Source: Octopus sinensis
Taxonomy: Eukaryota
DNA length: 33,891 nucleotides
Direction: 5' to 3'
Assembly (NCBI RefSeq): GCF_006345805.1
Contig: NW_021831947.1
Location: 1 to 33,891, forward strand
Below the pieces are notes generated by a model. That model worked only from the letters and a program-made list of their open reading frames with translations, had not been told where the DNA came from and ran no database searches. The position numbers were made by a program, and so were the translations under genes. This document shows, one piece after another, positions 33,566 through 33,891 of the stretch. How positions within the stretch are numbered: the stretch's first letter is position 1; every line of letters begins with the position of its first letter.

Positions 33566-33891
33566 ATGTCACTTTGTGGAGGTGTTCATGCTGGGTATAT
33601 TGGTGGTTGTAGCAGTGGTTGTTGTTGTGGTGGCGGTAGTGGCGGCGGTTGGTGGTAGTGAGTGTGATGGTGATAGTGGAAGTGATGGTGATGGTGGAAG
33701 TTGCTCCAGCATGGCCGCAGTCAAATTGACTGACGCAAGTAAAAGAATGAAAGAATAAATTAAAAAAGAAAAAAAAAATCGATTTTCGGACGGTGGGGCA
33801 AGATGCGCGAACCATAACTTTGGCGGCATCTGGCAAGACAGGGCCCGTCCCCTCAGACCCAGGTATCCACAATCTGCCTCTGTCTGTCTCT

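Noticed and set aside
32514-33872. 452-aa minus-strand Pro/Thr/His-rich ORF (extensin- or mucin-like) and the Gly/Val-rich plus ORFs
   Set aside because: Built from trinucleotide repeats that are stop-free by composition, it runs through a SINE tail (~33700-33760), and the repeat phase shifts near 33339.

Overview
AT-rich, microsatellite-dense eukaryotic non-coding DNA. The SINE and LINE families look like those of octopod cephalopods (inference from recalled repeat sequences, not from a search). No host protein-coding exon can be supported, and most listed ORFs are microsatellite or SINE artefacts. The window is a nest of mobile elements: several tRNA-derived SINE families, a near-intact DD37D (maT-type) Tc1/mariner transposase with one frameshift, CR1, RTE and R4/Dong-like LINE fragments, two inverted non-autonomous Helitrons and a mariner MITE. 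It also carries many Penelope-like element (PLE) pieces and three tandem arrays (111 bp, ~168 bp, 92+41 bp). Main points: (1) six minimal type I hammerhead ribozyme motifs plus one truncated one, from five sequence families. One pair sits in a ~340-bp palindrome and another in a 334-bp tandem repeat that could release a retrozyme-like unit-length or circular RNA. (2) A unique GC-rich island with a CCAAT box and a consensus RFX X-box, wedged between two tandem arrays, one of which multiplies CCAAT and MEF2-like motifs. (3) A PLE endonuclease ORF with an in-frame Asn-rich microsatellite linker. (4) An RTE ending in three C2H2 fingers. (5) A 5'-inverted (twin-priming-type) RTE insertion.
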